From an uncultured Chloroflexia bacterium (lineage in GTDB: Bacteria; Chloroflexota; Anaerolineae; Anaerolineales; Anaerolineaceae), in contig OY969938.1 of NCBI GenBank assembly GCA_963704755.1, positions 3,180,001 through 3,212,000 of the forward strand: a DNA stretch of 32,000 nt, read 5' to 3'. How positions within the stretch are numbered: the stretch's first letter is position 1; every line of letters starts with the position of its first letter. The notes under the pieces were generated by a model. That model searched no databases and had not been told where the DNA came from. It saw only the letters and a program-made list of their open reading frames with translations. The position numbers and the translations under genes were made by a program. This document shows positions 24,851 to 32,000 of this stretch, in pieces.

Positions 24851-26308
24851 TCAATTCGGGAGGCTTTCGGCGATCAAACCGGCTTCGGTCACGATACGCG
24901 GCACAATTTCTTCCCAGCCGACGGTCATGACGTGGATGCCGTGAATGCCTTGCAGCGTGCGCAGCTTTTCGATCAGCTCCAGGGCAATCTGCACGCCCTC
25001 TTCGGCCGCATTTCCGGCCGCTTCGGCGGCTTCCATGCGCTGCATCAGGGCCTGGGGGATGGTCACGCCGGGGACTTCTTCGTGCATGTAGCGGGCAACC
25101 TTGAGGGATTTCAGGGGCGAAATTCCGGCCAGGATGTAGACTTTACCCAGCACGTCACGTTTGGCCAGCTCGTTCAGCCAGACCTCCAGGCGGTCCAGGT
25201 CGTAAATCAGGTTGGTCTGCAAGAACTGCGCGCCGGCGTTGACCTTCTTCTGCTCGCGCAGGGCCTGGAAGCGCGGATCGGAGGCGAACGGGGAGGCGGC
25301 TGCACCGAGGAAGAAGCTGGGGGGGAATTTCAGCTTACGCCCATCCAGGTAAATACCCTCGTCGCGCATCCGGCGCAGGATCCATAGCATCTGGATCGAA
25401 TCGAGGTCGAGAATGTCCATGCGCTCGCGCGGCGTGGGCGAGAGCTTGCTGCTGTCACCGCTCAGGCAGAGGATGTTGCGCACGCCCAGGGCGTTGGCGC
25501 CTAACACTTCGGCCTGCAGGCTGACCCGGGTGATGTCTCGGGCGGCGATTTGCAGCACCGGCTCTGCCCCTTGCTGGATGGCCAGCGTCGAGCAGGCCCA
25601 GGAGGACATGCGCGGGGTGGCCGAGGCGCTGTCGGTGAAATTCACTGACGTTACGTAAGGCTTTAGCAGGTTGATGTTGTGGATAAGCTTGTTGGTGGAA
25701 ACCGTCTGGGGTGGCTGGATCTCGGCCGTGACCACAAACTCACCGGCTTTCAGGCGCTTTTCCAGTTCCGAGACCGGCTCGGAATAGGCCGGCGGATGAT
25801 AGAGCGAATCCCCTTGCCACCACTCCGGCTGGCGTACCGGGCGGAAAATGCCATCCCAGGTCTCGTCCCGCTTTTCTTTATCGGTCGTTACCAATCCGCT
25901 GATGACTTTAGCGGTGCCGGTCTTCTTGACCTGGCGCACCAGCCCGCCTAACTGCTCTCCCCCTACCATTTCCCAATCCAGCGGGGGCAGGACTTCTAAC
26001 AGTAGCTCCTGGCGGCCCATTTGGAAGGCGCGCTCGTAAATTTTGTACCAGATGCAGGGACGTGTTTCATCGACGTAGCAATGCTCGGGGGTCGAACCGC
26101 CGCAAGGGCCGTTGCGCAGGCCCTTGGGACATTCCATCGGGCAAATAAAGGCCGTCTCTTGTAGAAGACAGTTGCCGCATTGGCGGCAACCCCACAAGGG
26201 GCCTTTGTAAACCATTTCCAGGCTGTTGAGAAACCTGTTAAAAAAAGTATCTTTCCGGAAGGGGTAATAAATTGGCTGCCAACGACGGCCCGGGGTGAGA
26301 ATGGGCAT
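24851..26308 (-). CDS. metF: Methylenetetrahydrofolate reductase fused to an N-terminal MetV-like Cys-rich (MTHFR_C) domain
   Basis: The N-terminus has CRQCGNCLLQETAFICPMECPKGLRNGPCGG. The C-terminal two-thirds is a MetF TIM barrel (VTAEIQPP, SVNFTDS, ARDITR, CLSGD, LGAAASP, FLQTNLIYD). GAGGAG lies 6 nt upstream of ATG 26308. Confidence 0.88.
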   Translation of the reverse strand: MPILTPGRRWQPIYYPFRKDTFFNRFLNSLEMVYKGPLWGCRQCGNCLLQETAFICPMECPKGLRNGPCGGSTPEHCYVDETRPCIWYKIYERAFQMGRQELLLEVLPPLDWEMVGGEQLGGLVRQVKKTGTAKVISGLVTTDKEKRDETWDGIFRPVRQPEWWQGDSLYHPPAYSEPVSELEKRLKAGEFVVTAEIQPPQTVSTNKLIHNINLLKPYVTSVNFTDSASATPRMSSWACSTLAIQQGAEPVLQIAARDITRVSLQAEVLGANALGVRNILCLSGDSSKLSPTPRERMDILDLDSIQMLWILRRMRDEGIYLDGRKLKFPPSFFLGAAASPFASDPRFQALREQKKVNAGAQFLQTNLIYDLDRLEVWLNELAKRDVLGKVYILAGISPLKSLKVARYMHEEVPGVTIPQALMQRMEAAEAAGNAAEEGVQIALELIEKLRTLQGIHGIHVMTVGWEEIVPRIVTEAGLIAESLPN

Positions 26309-26590
26309 TATAAACTCCTCTTGTGACCCTATATTCATCAACTGATAAGATGCGATAGAAAGGGATCCAGCCAGGGTACGTACTGCCCGCCTGGAAGGGG
26401 AGATTTAATCAGAGGAGAACCTCGTCATACTGGCGATCGCTTTGCAGCGCGCCTGGCATTTCTATGGCCAAAGCAGTGGAACTAACCATATAATGCCGTC
26501 ATTTTTACTCTTATTTGGGGAGGTTTTCACTACGATTATATATTTAGTTTCCCGATGGTGTCAACCCATAATTTACAACACTGCAAAGTC

Positions 26591-26994
26591 GTGTACAACA
26601 TTTCGCCAGTTGCGAGCGATTTTTGCGAAGCAATCTCCCTATTGGCCAGTGTTGATATTGCTTCGTCGACAAATGACGCCTTCTCAACGACAATAAGGGA
26701 AATGAAGCGGATCGGCCCGGTCTCCAGACCGAGGCCGCTCTTATCGGCTGGCAGGATAGTTGCTTTGATTCAACAAGCGTGTATGTTTGTCATTGCGAGC
26801 GATTTTTGCGAAGCAATCTCCCTATTGGCCAGTGTTGAGATTGCTTTGTCGACAAATGACACCTTCTCAACGAAAATAAGGGAAATGAAGCGGATCGGCC
26901 CGGTCTCCAGACCGAGGCCGCTCTTATCGGCTGGCAGGATGGTTGCTTTGATTCAACAAGCGTGTACGTTTGTCATTGCGAGCGATTTTTGCGA
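26591..26994. repeat. Tandem repeat, about 2.2 copies of a 183-bp hairpin-containing unit
   Basis: The anchor TTGCGAGCGATTTTTGCGA occurs at 26610, 26793 and 26976. Units contain the GCGAAGCAATCTC...GAGATTGCTT(C/T)G hairpin and CGGTCTCCAGACCG. Six substitutions separate units 1 and 2. Confidence 0.9.
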
Positions 26995-27168
26995 CCCAGC
27001 ACTTGCGGTACCCCTGTCACAGACTGCCAGGACTGCGTGGGCAGGTGAGCAATCTCAACATTGGCAGGCAGTCACAATGGCCGGCGCTGCCGAAGGTGCC
27101 ATGCCCTGGCAGAAGCGGCCAGGGCAATGACAAAAGGGTGCAGGCGCTGGCAAAGGACAGGGTAGAAT

Positions 27169-28125
27169 ATGCGCATGGACCCATACGCCCGGTTTCTCCG
27201 TCTGGTTCGAAAATACTTTCCCCAAAGCCAACTGCTGCGAGCCTGGACTCTTTCCGGGGGCATCTCGGCCGGCATGGACACTTTGGAGCTGGCCTACCCG
27301 GATGGCCGTACGGCTAAAGTGATCGTCCGCCGGCCGGGCGAGACTACGCTTGCCCACAACACACAGGCGGCCCAGGACGAATTCCGGCTTTTGCAGGCGC
27401 TCCACGGGCGCGGGCTGGCCGTGCCCGAACCCTATTTTCTGGACTCGTCCGGCGAGGTCTTTCCCACCCCATACCTGATGATGGAATTCGTGGAGGGGCG
27501 GATGGAATTCCCATCCAACCCGCCGGCGGATTTTTCGCGCCAGTTGGCCGAAAACCTGGTGAAGATCCATCGCCTGGGCAGGGCCAATCCGAACCTATCC
27601 TTTCTGCCCCGGCAGCCCGCTGATTTCGCGGCGAATTTTGGGGAAACGCCTGCGGAGTGCAATGCCTCCCTGGAAGAAGATCGCATCCGTGCGGCCCTGG
27701 CAACGGCCTGGCCCTTGGCCCAACACAATGCGCCGGTGCTGCTGCACGGAGACTACTGGCCGGGGAACGTCTTGTGGCGGGATGGCCGCCTGGCGGCGAT
27801 CATCGATTGGGAGGACGCCTGCCTGGGCGATCCGCTGATCGACCTGGGTATCAGCCGCCTGGATTTGCTGTGGATCTGCGGGGTCGAGGCGATGGACACG
27901 TTCACCCGCCAATACCTGTCCCTGACCGCGATCGATGAATCTAACCTGCCCTTTTGGGACCTGGCGGCTGCGCTGCGCCTGGTCCGCCTGGCGGGGGCCG
28001 ATCTGGCCGGCTGGGCCGCCTTTTTCCATCCCTACGGCCGGGTGGATATCCGCGCGGAGTCCATCCGGGAATATTTTCATGGGTTTGTCCAGCGGGCCCT
28101 GGAAAAATTGGCGGAGAGGGGCTAG
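27169..28125 (+). CDS. Phosphotransferase of the APH/choline-kinase family
   Basis: Brenner/catalytic motif LLHGDYWPGNVLW and IIDWEDACLGDP. The N-lobe shows ...VIVRRPG... and ...YLMMEFVEG.... Confidence 0.88.
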   Translation: MRMDPYARFLRLVRKYFPQSQLLRAWTLSGGISAGMDTLELAYPDGRTAKVIVRRPGETTLAHNTQAAQDEFRLLQALHGRGLAVPEPYFLDSSGEVFPTPYLMMEFVEGRMEFPSNPPADFSRQLAENLVKIHRLGRANPNLSFLPRQPADFAANFGETPAECNASLEEDRIRAALATAWPLAQHNAPVLLHGDYWPGNVLWRDGRLAAIIDWEDACLGDPLIDLGISRLDLLWICGVEAMDTFTRQYLSLTAIDESNLPFWDLAAALRLVRLAGADLAGWAAFFHPYGRVDIRAESIREYFHGFVQRALEKLAERG

Positions 28126-28143
28126 GCCTGATCTAAATTTGTG

Positions 28144-28188
28144 ATGGGGTGTTTGGGAACGTGCGTCGCACGTTCCCAAACACCCCAT
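28144..28188. repeat. Perfect 22-bp-arm palindrome (P4) between convergent genes
   Basis: ATGGGGTGTTTGGGAACGTGCG t CGCACGTTCCCAAACACCCCAT. The arm with its flank (AAATTATGGGGTGTTTGGG) closely resembles the P1 arm (AAATTATGGTGTTTGAGG). Confidence 0.88.
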
Positions 28189-28191
28189 AAT

Positions 28192-28959
28192 TTAATAAAT
28201 CAGGCTGCCGAGAAAATCGTCCAGAACGGCCGGGGAGAAATGCGGATCATTCTCGCGCAGGTCCAGACGGCAGTCCGGCAGCAATTGCGCGGTGCGCTGG
28301 GCCAGGGCGGGCATATCCGCCCGGCTGTGGCGCATCCACACCGGCGCGTGCACATCGGCCAAAGTAAAGCCCCAATCGCGGCCGCGGATTTGCAAATCCA
28401 GCGCCGGGCCAAAGCCATCGTTGCGCAGCGAGTCGCGCGTATCGTCGTCCAGGGTGTCCGGGTTAGCCAGCTCAGCAGGCGAAAGATAGCCGAAAAAGAC
28501 CTCTTTCGCCACTGCCCGCATCTCCGCCAGGCTGGCCTGTGGGTTCAACGGGTGCGGCCACAGGGCCTGCACACCGGCGTCGTACAGGGCCGGTATCCCG
28601 CTGAGAATCCACACCCGGCGTGTGCGCTGCGGTAAACGCGCCGCCACGGCGTAGGCATAGGGTGCGCCGGAGGAAATGCCCAGTACATCGAAGTGATCCG
28701 ACCCGAGCGCGTCCACCAGCACGGTGATGATTTCGCCCCAATCGCCGATTTTTTCCATTGCGTAAGGCGACGAGTCGCCATAGCCCGGCCGGGCGGCGCA
28801 GATCACGCGTTTTCCGGCCTCGGTCAGGCGGTGGAACAGCGCACCGTCGTCAACGCTGGCGATCATGCCATGCTGCACCAACACCGCCTCGCCGTGCGGG
28901 TCGCCGAATTCGGCATAGGAGAGGATCTGATCGTTGAAGTAGGGCAAGGTTTTCTTCAT
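28192..28959 (-). CDS. Alpha/beta-fold hydrolase
   Basis: 255 aa with the nucleophile elbow GISSGAP (GxSxG) and an N-terminal oxyanion region LVQHGM. GGAG lies 6 nt upstream of the ATG. Confidence 0.85.
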   Translation of the reverse strand: MKKTLPYFNDQILSYAEFGDPHGEAVLVQHGMIASVDDGALFHRLTEAGKRVICAARPGYGDSSPYAMEKIGDWGEIITVLVDALGSDHFDVLGISSGAPYAYAVAARLPQRTRRVWILSGIPALYDAGVQALWPHPLNPQASLAEMRAVAKEVFFGYLSPAELANPDTLDDDTRDSLRNDGFGPALDLQIRGRDWGFTLADVHAPVWMRHSRADMPALAQRTAQLLPDCRLDLRENDPHFSPAVLDDFLGSLIY

Positions 28960-29005
28960 GCGGGCTCCGTGAAATTTTATAACTGCTCAGCCTGGCGAGT
29001 AAGAA

Positions 29006-29062
29006 TCCCGAATTTGAGGTGATTGCGCGGGCTTCGCCCGCGCAATCACCTCAAATTCGGGA
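29006..29062. repeat. Perfect 27-bp-arm palindrome (P5), central TTC
   Basis: TCCCGAATTTGAGGTGATTGCGCGGGC ttc GCCCGCGCAATCACCTCAAATTCGGGA. It shares the outer motif CCCGAATTTGAGG with P2. Confidence 0.9.
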
Positions 29063-29253
29063 CCTTTTAACAGCAGCTTGAGTGGTTACGAATATTTTTT
29101 AGTTAGGATTTAATTGTATCCTGAATGGCTGGGACAGCGTCATTGGCTCCGGCGGCTTCACCCCTACGCCGGATACCGAAGAAATGGGGTGTCGCTACTC
29201 GGCACGCCCGGCGATGCCCTGGCCTGGATTCGCAGCCAGTTTGCCTTGCCTCA

Positions 29254-29290
29254 TCAGGTATTGTGGCGGTTTCGCCGCCACAATACCTGA
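29254..29290 (-). terminator. 16-bp hairpin immediately 3' of the GH3 gene (terminator-like, no U-tract)
   Basis: TCAGGTATTGTGGCGG tttcg CCGCCACAATACCTGA, 17 nt downstream of the stop at 29307. Confidence 0.35.
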
Positions 29291-29306
29291 ACCTGGTTTA
29301 TAGTCC

Positions 29307-31637
29307 CTAATTGACCTCAACCGGGCAAACGAACACGCGCTGTTTGACCGGGATCTTCTTTTCCCCCACGATCTCGAACTCGCCCTTCAGGCGAATGTCC
29401 TCGGACGAACTGCCGACCAGGACCTCGATCTTGCCCGGTTCGAGCACCAGGTTCAGGTCCTGGTCGTAGAAGGCTAACTGATCTACCGGCAGGTGGAAGG
29501 TGACCTGGCGGGTCTGGCCGGGCTGGAGGTTGATGCGCTGGTAGCCCTTGAGCTCTTTGAGCGGGCGCGGCAGGCTGGCGTATTCGTCGCAGGCGTAAAG
29601 CTGTACCACTTCGTCGCCGGCCAGCGCGCCGCAATTGCTGATATTGAACGTGATAGCCACGCTTTCACCGCCGGTGGCGCACGACCGGTCGATGCGCAGG
29701 TCACTGTATGCAAACTCGGTATAACTCAAGCCGTGCCCAAAGGGGTAGAGCGGGGTCACTTTCTCGGAGACGTAATCCACAAACCAGTTGGAGCGCATGC
29801 CAGAGGGCTTGTAGTTGTAAAACACGGGCACCTGGCCGACATGGCGCGGGAAGGTGATCGGCAGCTTGCCGCCCGGGTTGGTCTCGCCGAACAAGGCGCC
29901 GGCGATGGCCGCGCCGCCTTCTTCGCCCGGCAGCCAGGCTTCCAGAATGGCATTGGCCTGCCCGGCCAGCCAGGGTATGGCCAGCGGGCGGCCGTTGACC
30001 AGCACCACCACCAACGGCTTACCGGTAGCGATGATCGCTTTGGCCAGCTCCTCCTGCACGCCCGGCAGGCGCAGGTCCACACTGTCGCGCGTTTCACCGG
30101 TGCTGCTGTCCAGGGTCAGGCCCGAGCGATCGCCCAGCACCAGCACGACCGCGTCGGCTTGCTCGGCTGCCCGGATCGCCTTGGGAAAGCCACCGGCATC
30201 CCCGTCCAGGACGTCACAGCCGCGGGCGTAGAGCAGCTCGGTATCCGCCGAAACCGCGGCGCGAATCCCATCCAGGATGGTGATCACCTGCACGTCGTGC
30301 CCATCCAGGACGGCGGCGGTGTCCAGGTCCTTGAATTCGGGCACCCTGTGGCGCATGTGATCGATCATAGAGGTGTAAGAATAGTCCCCTAATTGGTTAC
30401 GTCCCGACTGTGCGTTTGGCCCGATCACGGCCAGGCGCTTGATCGTCTTGTGAAGCGGCAGCACGCCGTCGTTTTGCAGCAGCACCAGGCTCTTGCTGGC
30501 CAGCTCGCGGGCCAGGGAGCGCTGGGACGGGGTCTCGAAGACCTCGCAGACATGCTCCTCGTCTACATAGGGATTATCGAACAGCCCGGCCTCGTATTTC
30601 TTGCGCAGATGGCGCACCACCGCGGTATCGATCCACTCCAGGCTGACCTCGCCCGCTTCCAGGGCGGCCCGCAGCGGACTGCCGTAGCAGACCGTCTGGG
30701 GCAGTTCGACGTCGATGCCGGCGTAAAGGGCCATACTGGCCGCGGATGATTTATCCGCCGCGGCGCGGTGATAGTCATGGATCATTTCCACGGCCTGGTA
30801 ATCCGAGACCACCAGACCCTCAAAGCCGAGTTCTCCGCGCAGCAGGTCGGTCATGATCCGCCGGGATGCGGCCACTACATCCCCGTCCAATTCAGGGTAA
30901 GCGCACATGATGGTCGCCAGGCCGGCATCGCGGATCACAGCCTGGAATGGCGCCAGGTAAATATCCCACAGGTCGCGCGGCCCCATGTGGACCGGGCCGC
31001 AGTTCAGCCCGCCCTGCGACAGGCTGTGTCCGACGAAGTGCTTGCCGGTGGCCATGATGCCCTCGGCCAGGCTGTTTCCCTGCAAGCCGCGTACGTAGGC
31101 CATCCCAAATTGCGCCACCAGGGTCGGATCCTCGCCAAACGTCTCTTCTACGCGCCCCCAGCGCGGATCCCGCGCGATGTCCAGCACCGGAGCCAGGCCC
31201 TGGTGTCCCCCGATTGCGCGCAACTGCACGCGGATGTTTTCTGCCATTTGGGCGGCCAGTTCGGGCTGGAATGTGCTGGCCATGCCGATCATCTGTGGGA
31301 ACATTGTGCCGCCCAATACCATTGCCCCCTGGCAGCATTCTTCGTGGAGGATGGCCGGGATGCCCAGGCGTGTTTTTTCAACCAGAAAGCGCTGGATGAT
31401 ATTCGCCGATTTAGCCACGGACCCTGGTTCGAGGGTCGAGCCCCCGCCTAAACGGGTAAGCTGGCCGAGGCCATTGGTGAGCCAAAGGCTTAGTTTGTCA
31501 GGGTCGATTTGGGCACCGGTTTGCAATTCATGAAACCAGACCGATCCAAGCTGGGCCAGTTTCTCGTCTAAAGTCATTTGCTCGAGCAAGCCGGAAATTG
31601 TTTTGGTTAAGGAACGGGTCGAAGGTGAGATCGTCAT
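29307..31637 (-). CDS. Glycoside hydrolase family 3 beta-glucosidase (BglX-like) with C-terminal Fn3-like domain
   Basis: 776 aa with GH3 motifs: EECCQGAM, LDIARDPRWGRVEETFGEDP, KHFVGHS and GFEGLVVSDY (nucleophile Asp). A central alpha/beta sandwich domain and a C-terminal Fn3-like beta domain are present. Confidence 0.92.
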   Translation of the reverse strand: MTISPSTRSLTKTISGLLEQMTLDEKLAQLGSVWFHELQTGAQIDPDKLSLWLTNGLGQLTRLGGGSTLEPGSVAKSANIIQRFLVEKTRLGIPAILHEECCQGAMVLGGTMFPQMIGMASTFQPELAAQMAENIRVQLRAIGGHQGLAPVLDIARDPRWGRVEETFGEDPTLVAQFGMAYVRGLQGNSLAEGIMATGKHFVGHSLSQGGLNCGPVHMGPRDLWDIYLAPFQAVIRDAGLATIMCAYPELDGDVVAASRRIMTDLLRGELGFEGLVVSDYQAVEMIHDYHRAAADKSSAASMALYAGIDVELPQTVCYGSPLRAALEAGEVSLEWIDTAVVRHLRKKYEAGLFDNPYVDEEHVCEVFETPSQRSLARELASKSLVLLQNDGVLPLHKTIKRLAVIGPNAQSGRNQLGDYSYTSMIDHMRHRVPEFKDLDTAAVLDGHDVQVITILDGIRAAVSADTELLYARGCDVLDGDAGGFPKAIRAAEQADAVVLVLGDRSGLTLDSSTGETRDSVDLRLPGVQEELAKAIIATGKPLVVVLVNGRPLAIPWLAGQANAILEAWLPGEEGGAAIAGALFGETNPGGKLPITFPRHVGQVPVFYNYKPSGMRSNWFVDYVSEKVTPLYPFGHGLSYTEFAYSDLRIDRSCATGGESVAITFNISNCGALAGDEVVQLYACDEYASLPRPLKELKGYQRINLQPGQTRQVTFHLPVDQLAFYDQDLNLVLEPGKIEVLVGSSSEDIRLKGEFEIVGEKKIPVKQRVFVCPVEVN

Positions 31638-31688
31638 AATTTTATCTATTCTATAAACAGGTGATTTCTGGATAGGATGGTGGACATT

Positions 31689-32000
31689 TCATCCCTTGAT
31701 GGAGCCGGCGGTGAGCCCGGATACGATTTGCCTTTCGGCGAAAAGGTAAAAAATGATCGTTGGAATTGCAGAAAGGGCCACAAAGGCAGAGACAAGCGCC
31801 AGGTCCTGGCCGTATTGGCCCTGGAACTGCATGGTCCCGAGCGGCAGCGTCCAGAGGTTGTTGCTGTTGAGCACGACCAGCGGGACCAGCAGATCATTCC
31901 AACTGGCGATCATGACCAGCGAGGCCACGGCCGATAAGGCCGGCTTGACCAATGGCAGCATAATACGCCAGAAGAAATCGAAATTCGTGCATCCGTCGAT
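31689..32000 (-). CDS. Carbohydrate ABC transporter permease (MalG/BPD_transp_1 type), 5' end outside the window
   Basis: The frame is open to position 32000. It reads IDGCTNFDFFWRIMLPLVKPALSAVASLVMIASWNDLLVPLVVL...IIFYLFAERQIVSGLTAGSIKG, the typical C-terminal half of CUT1 permeases. Confidence 0.85.
   Translation of the reverse strand: MDGCTNFDFFWRIMLPLVKPALSAVASLVMIASWNDLLVPLVVLNSNNLWTLPLGTMQFQGQYGQDLALVSAFVALSAIPTIIFYLFAERQIVSGLTAGSIKG

Noticed and set aside
26309-26600. Possible riboswitch (SAM, THF or ZTP) in the metF leader, and a purine or PRPP riboswitch upstream of the PRT gene (13225-13521).
   Set aside because: I read both leaders on the transcribed strand and found none of the conserved cores I know. 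There was no SAM-I kink-turn/four-way junction strings, no THF core, no pfl GGGTCGTGAC...CCGCCTGGGC pairing, and no purine TTTCTACC/CCGTAAA motif. Only generic hairpins are present. A covariance-model scan (Rfam/Infernal) would settle it.
26555-27130. 191-aa ORF that looks like a repeat protein (61-aa units).
   Set aside because: All six differences between repeat units are non-synonymous. There is no RBS. The sequence is dominated by hairpins. I treat it as a non-coding tandem repeat.
2655-29062. Palindromes as integron attC sites or CRISPR-like repeats.
   Set aside because: There are no RYYYAAC/GTTRRRY core sites and no extrahelical-base asymmetry (the arms are perfect). No integrase is present. 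The flanking genes are ordinary chromosomal genes in mixed contexts.
29125-29310. 61-aa plus-strand ORF between the hydrolase and GH3 genes.
   Set aside because: It has no RBS, is Ala/Arg/Pro-rich, runs through a hairpin and into the GH3 stop region, and shows no motif.

Overview
High-GC (about 60% by eye) bacterial chromosomal window. It is most consistent with a monoderm Chloroflexota/Anaerolineae-like organism, but this is a weak inference from gene content and repeat style. I support about 27 protein genes, mostly on the minus strand, and see no rRNA, tRNA, CRISPR array or transposase.

Gene content, in order:
- two tandem M42 peptidases
- a Thr/Pro-rich membrane protein
- a ChlD-like VWA protein and a ChlI-type AAA+ ATPase
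- an LCP (LytR-CpsA-Psr) enzyme
- a metal-resistance block: ArsR/SmtB sensor, Zn/Cd/Pb P1B-2 ATPase, thioredoxin-type ArsC and a secreted Gly/Met-rich protein
- an alpha/alpha-toroid protein, a Gpt-like phosphoribosyltransferase and DoxX
- a wecC-wecB-GT4 operon
- a PAS-GAF-GGDEF cyclase and an SRPBCC protein
- an ECF sigma/anti-sigma pair
- an FNT channel and a MetV-MetF fusion
- an APH-family kinase, an alpha/beta hydrolase, a GH3 beta-glucosidase and a partial sugar ABC permease

Main finding: a dnaX-like -1 frameshift cassette sits exactly at the ChlI stop codon. It has an A8 slippery run, an upstream SD-like GAGGA, an 8-nt spacer and a 9-bp stem. A slip there would fuse ChlI to the downstream VWA ORF and give a ChlD-type subunit from the same locus.

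Two other genes, wecC and the ECF sigma factor, are broken by 1-nt indels at short homopolymers. Assembly error is therefore a live alternative for all three frame breaks.

The intergenic space is unusually rich in structured repeats:
- a family of long perfect palindromes
- modular hairpin repeats shared between two loci
- a 4 x ~215-bp tandem array and a 2.2 x 183-bp tandem array
- a heptamer repeat and a canonical G-quadruplex motif
- a perfect TGTGA-N6-TCACA site

All hairpin and repeat coordinates were derived by hand and may be off by 1-2 nt.
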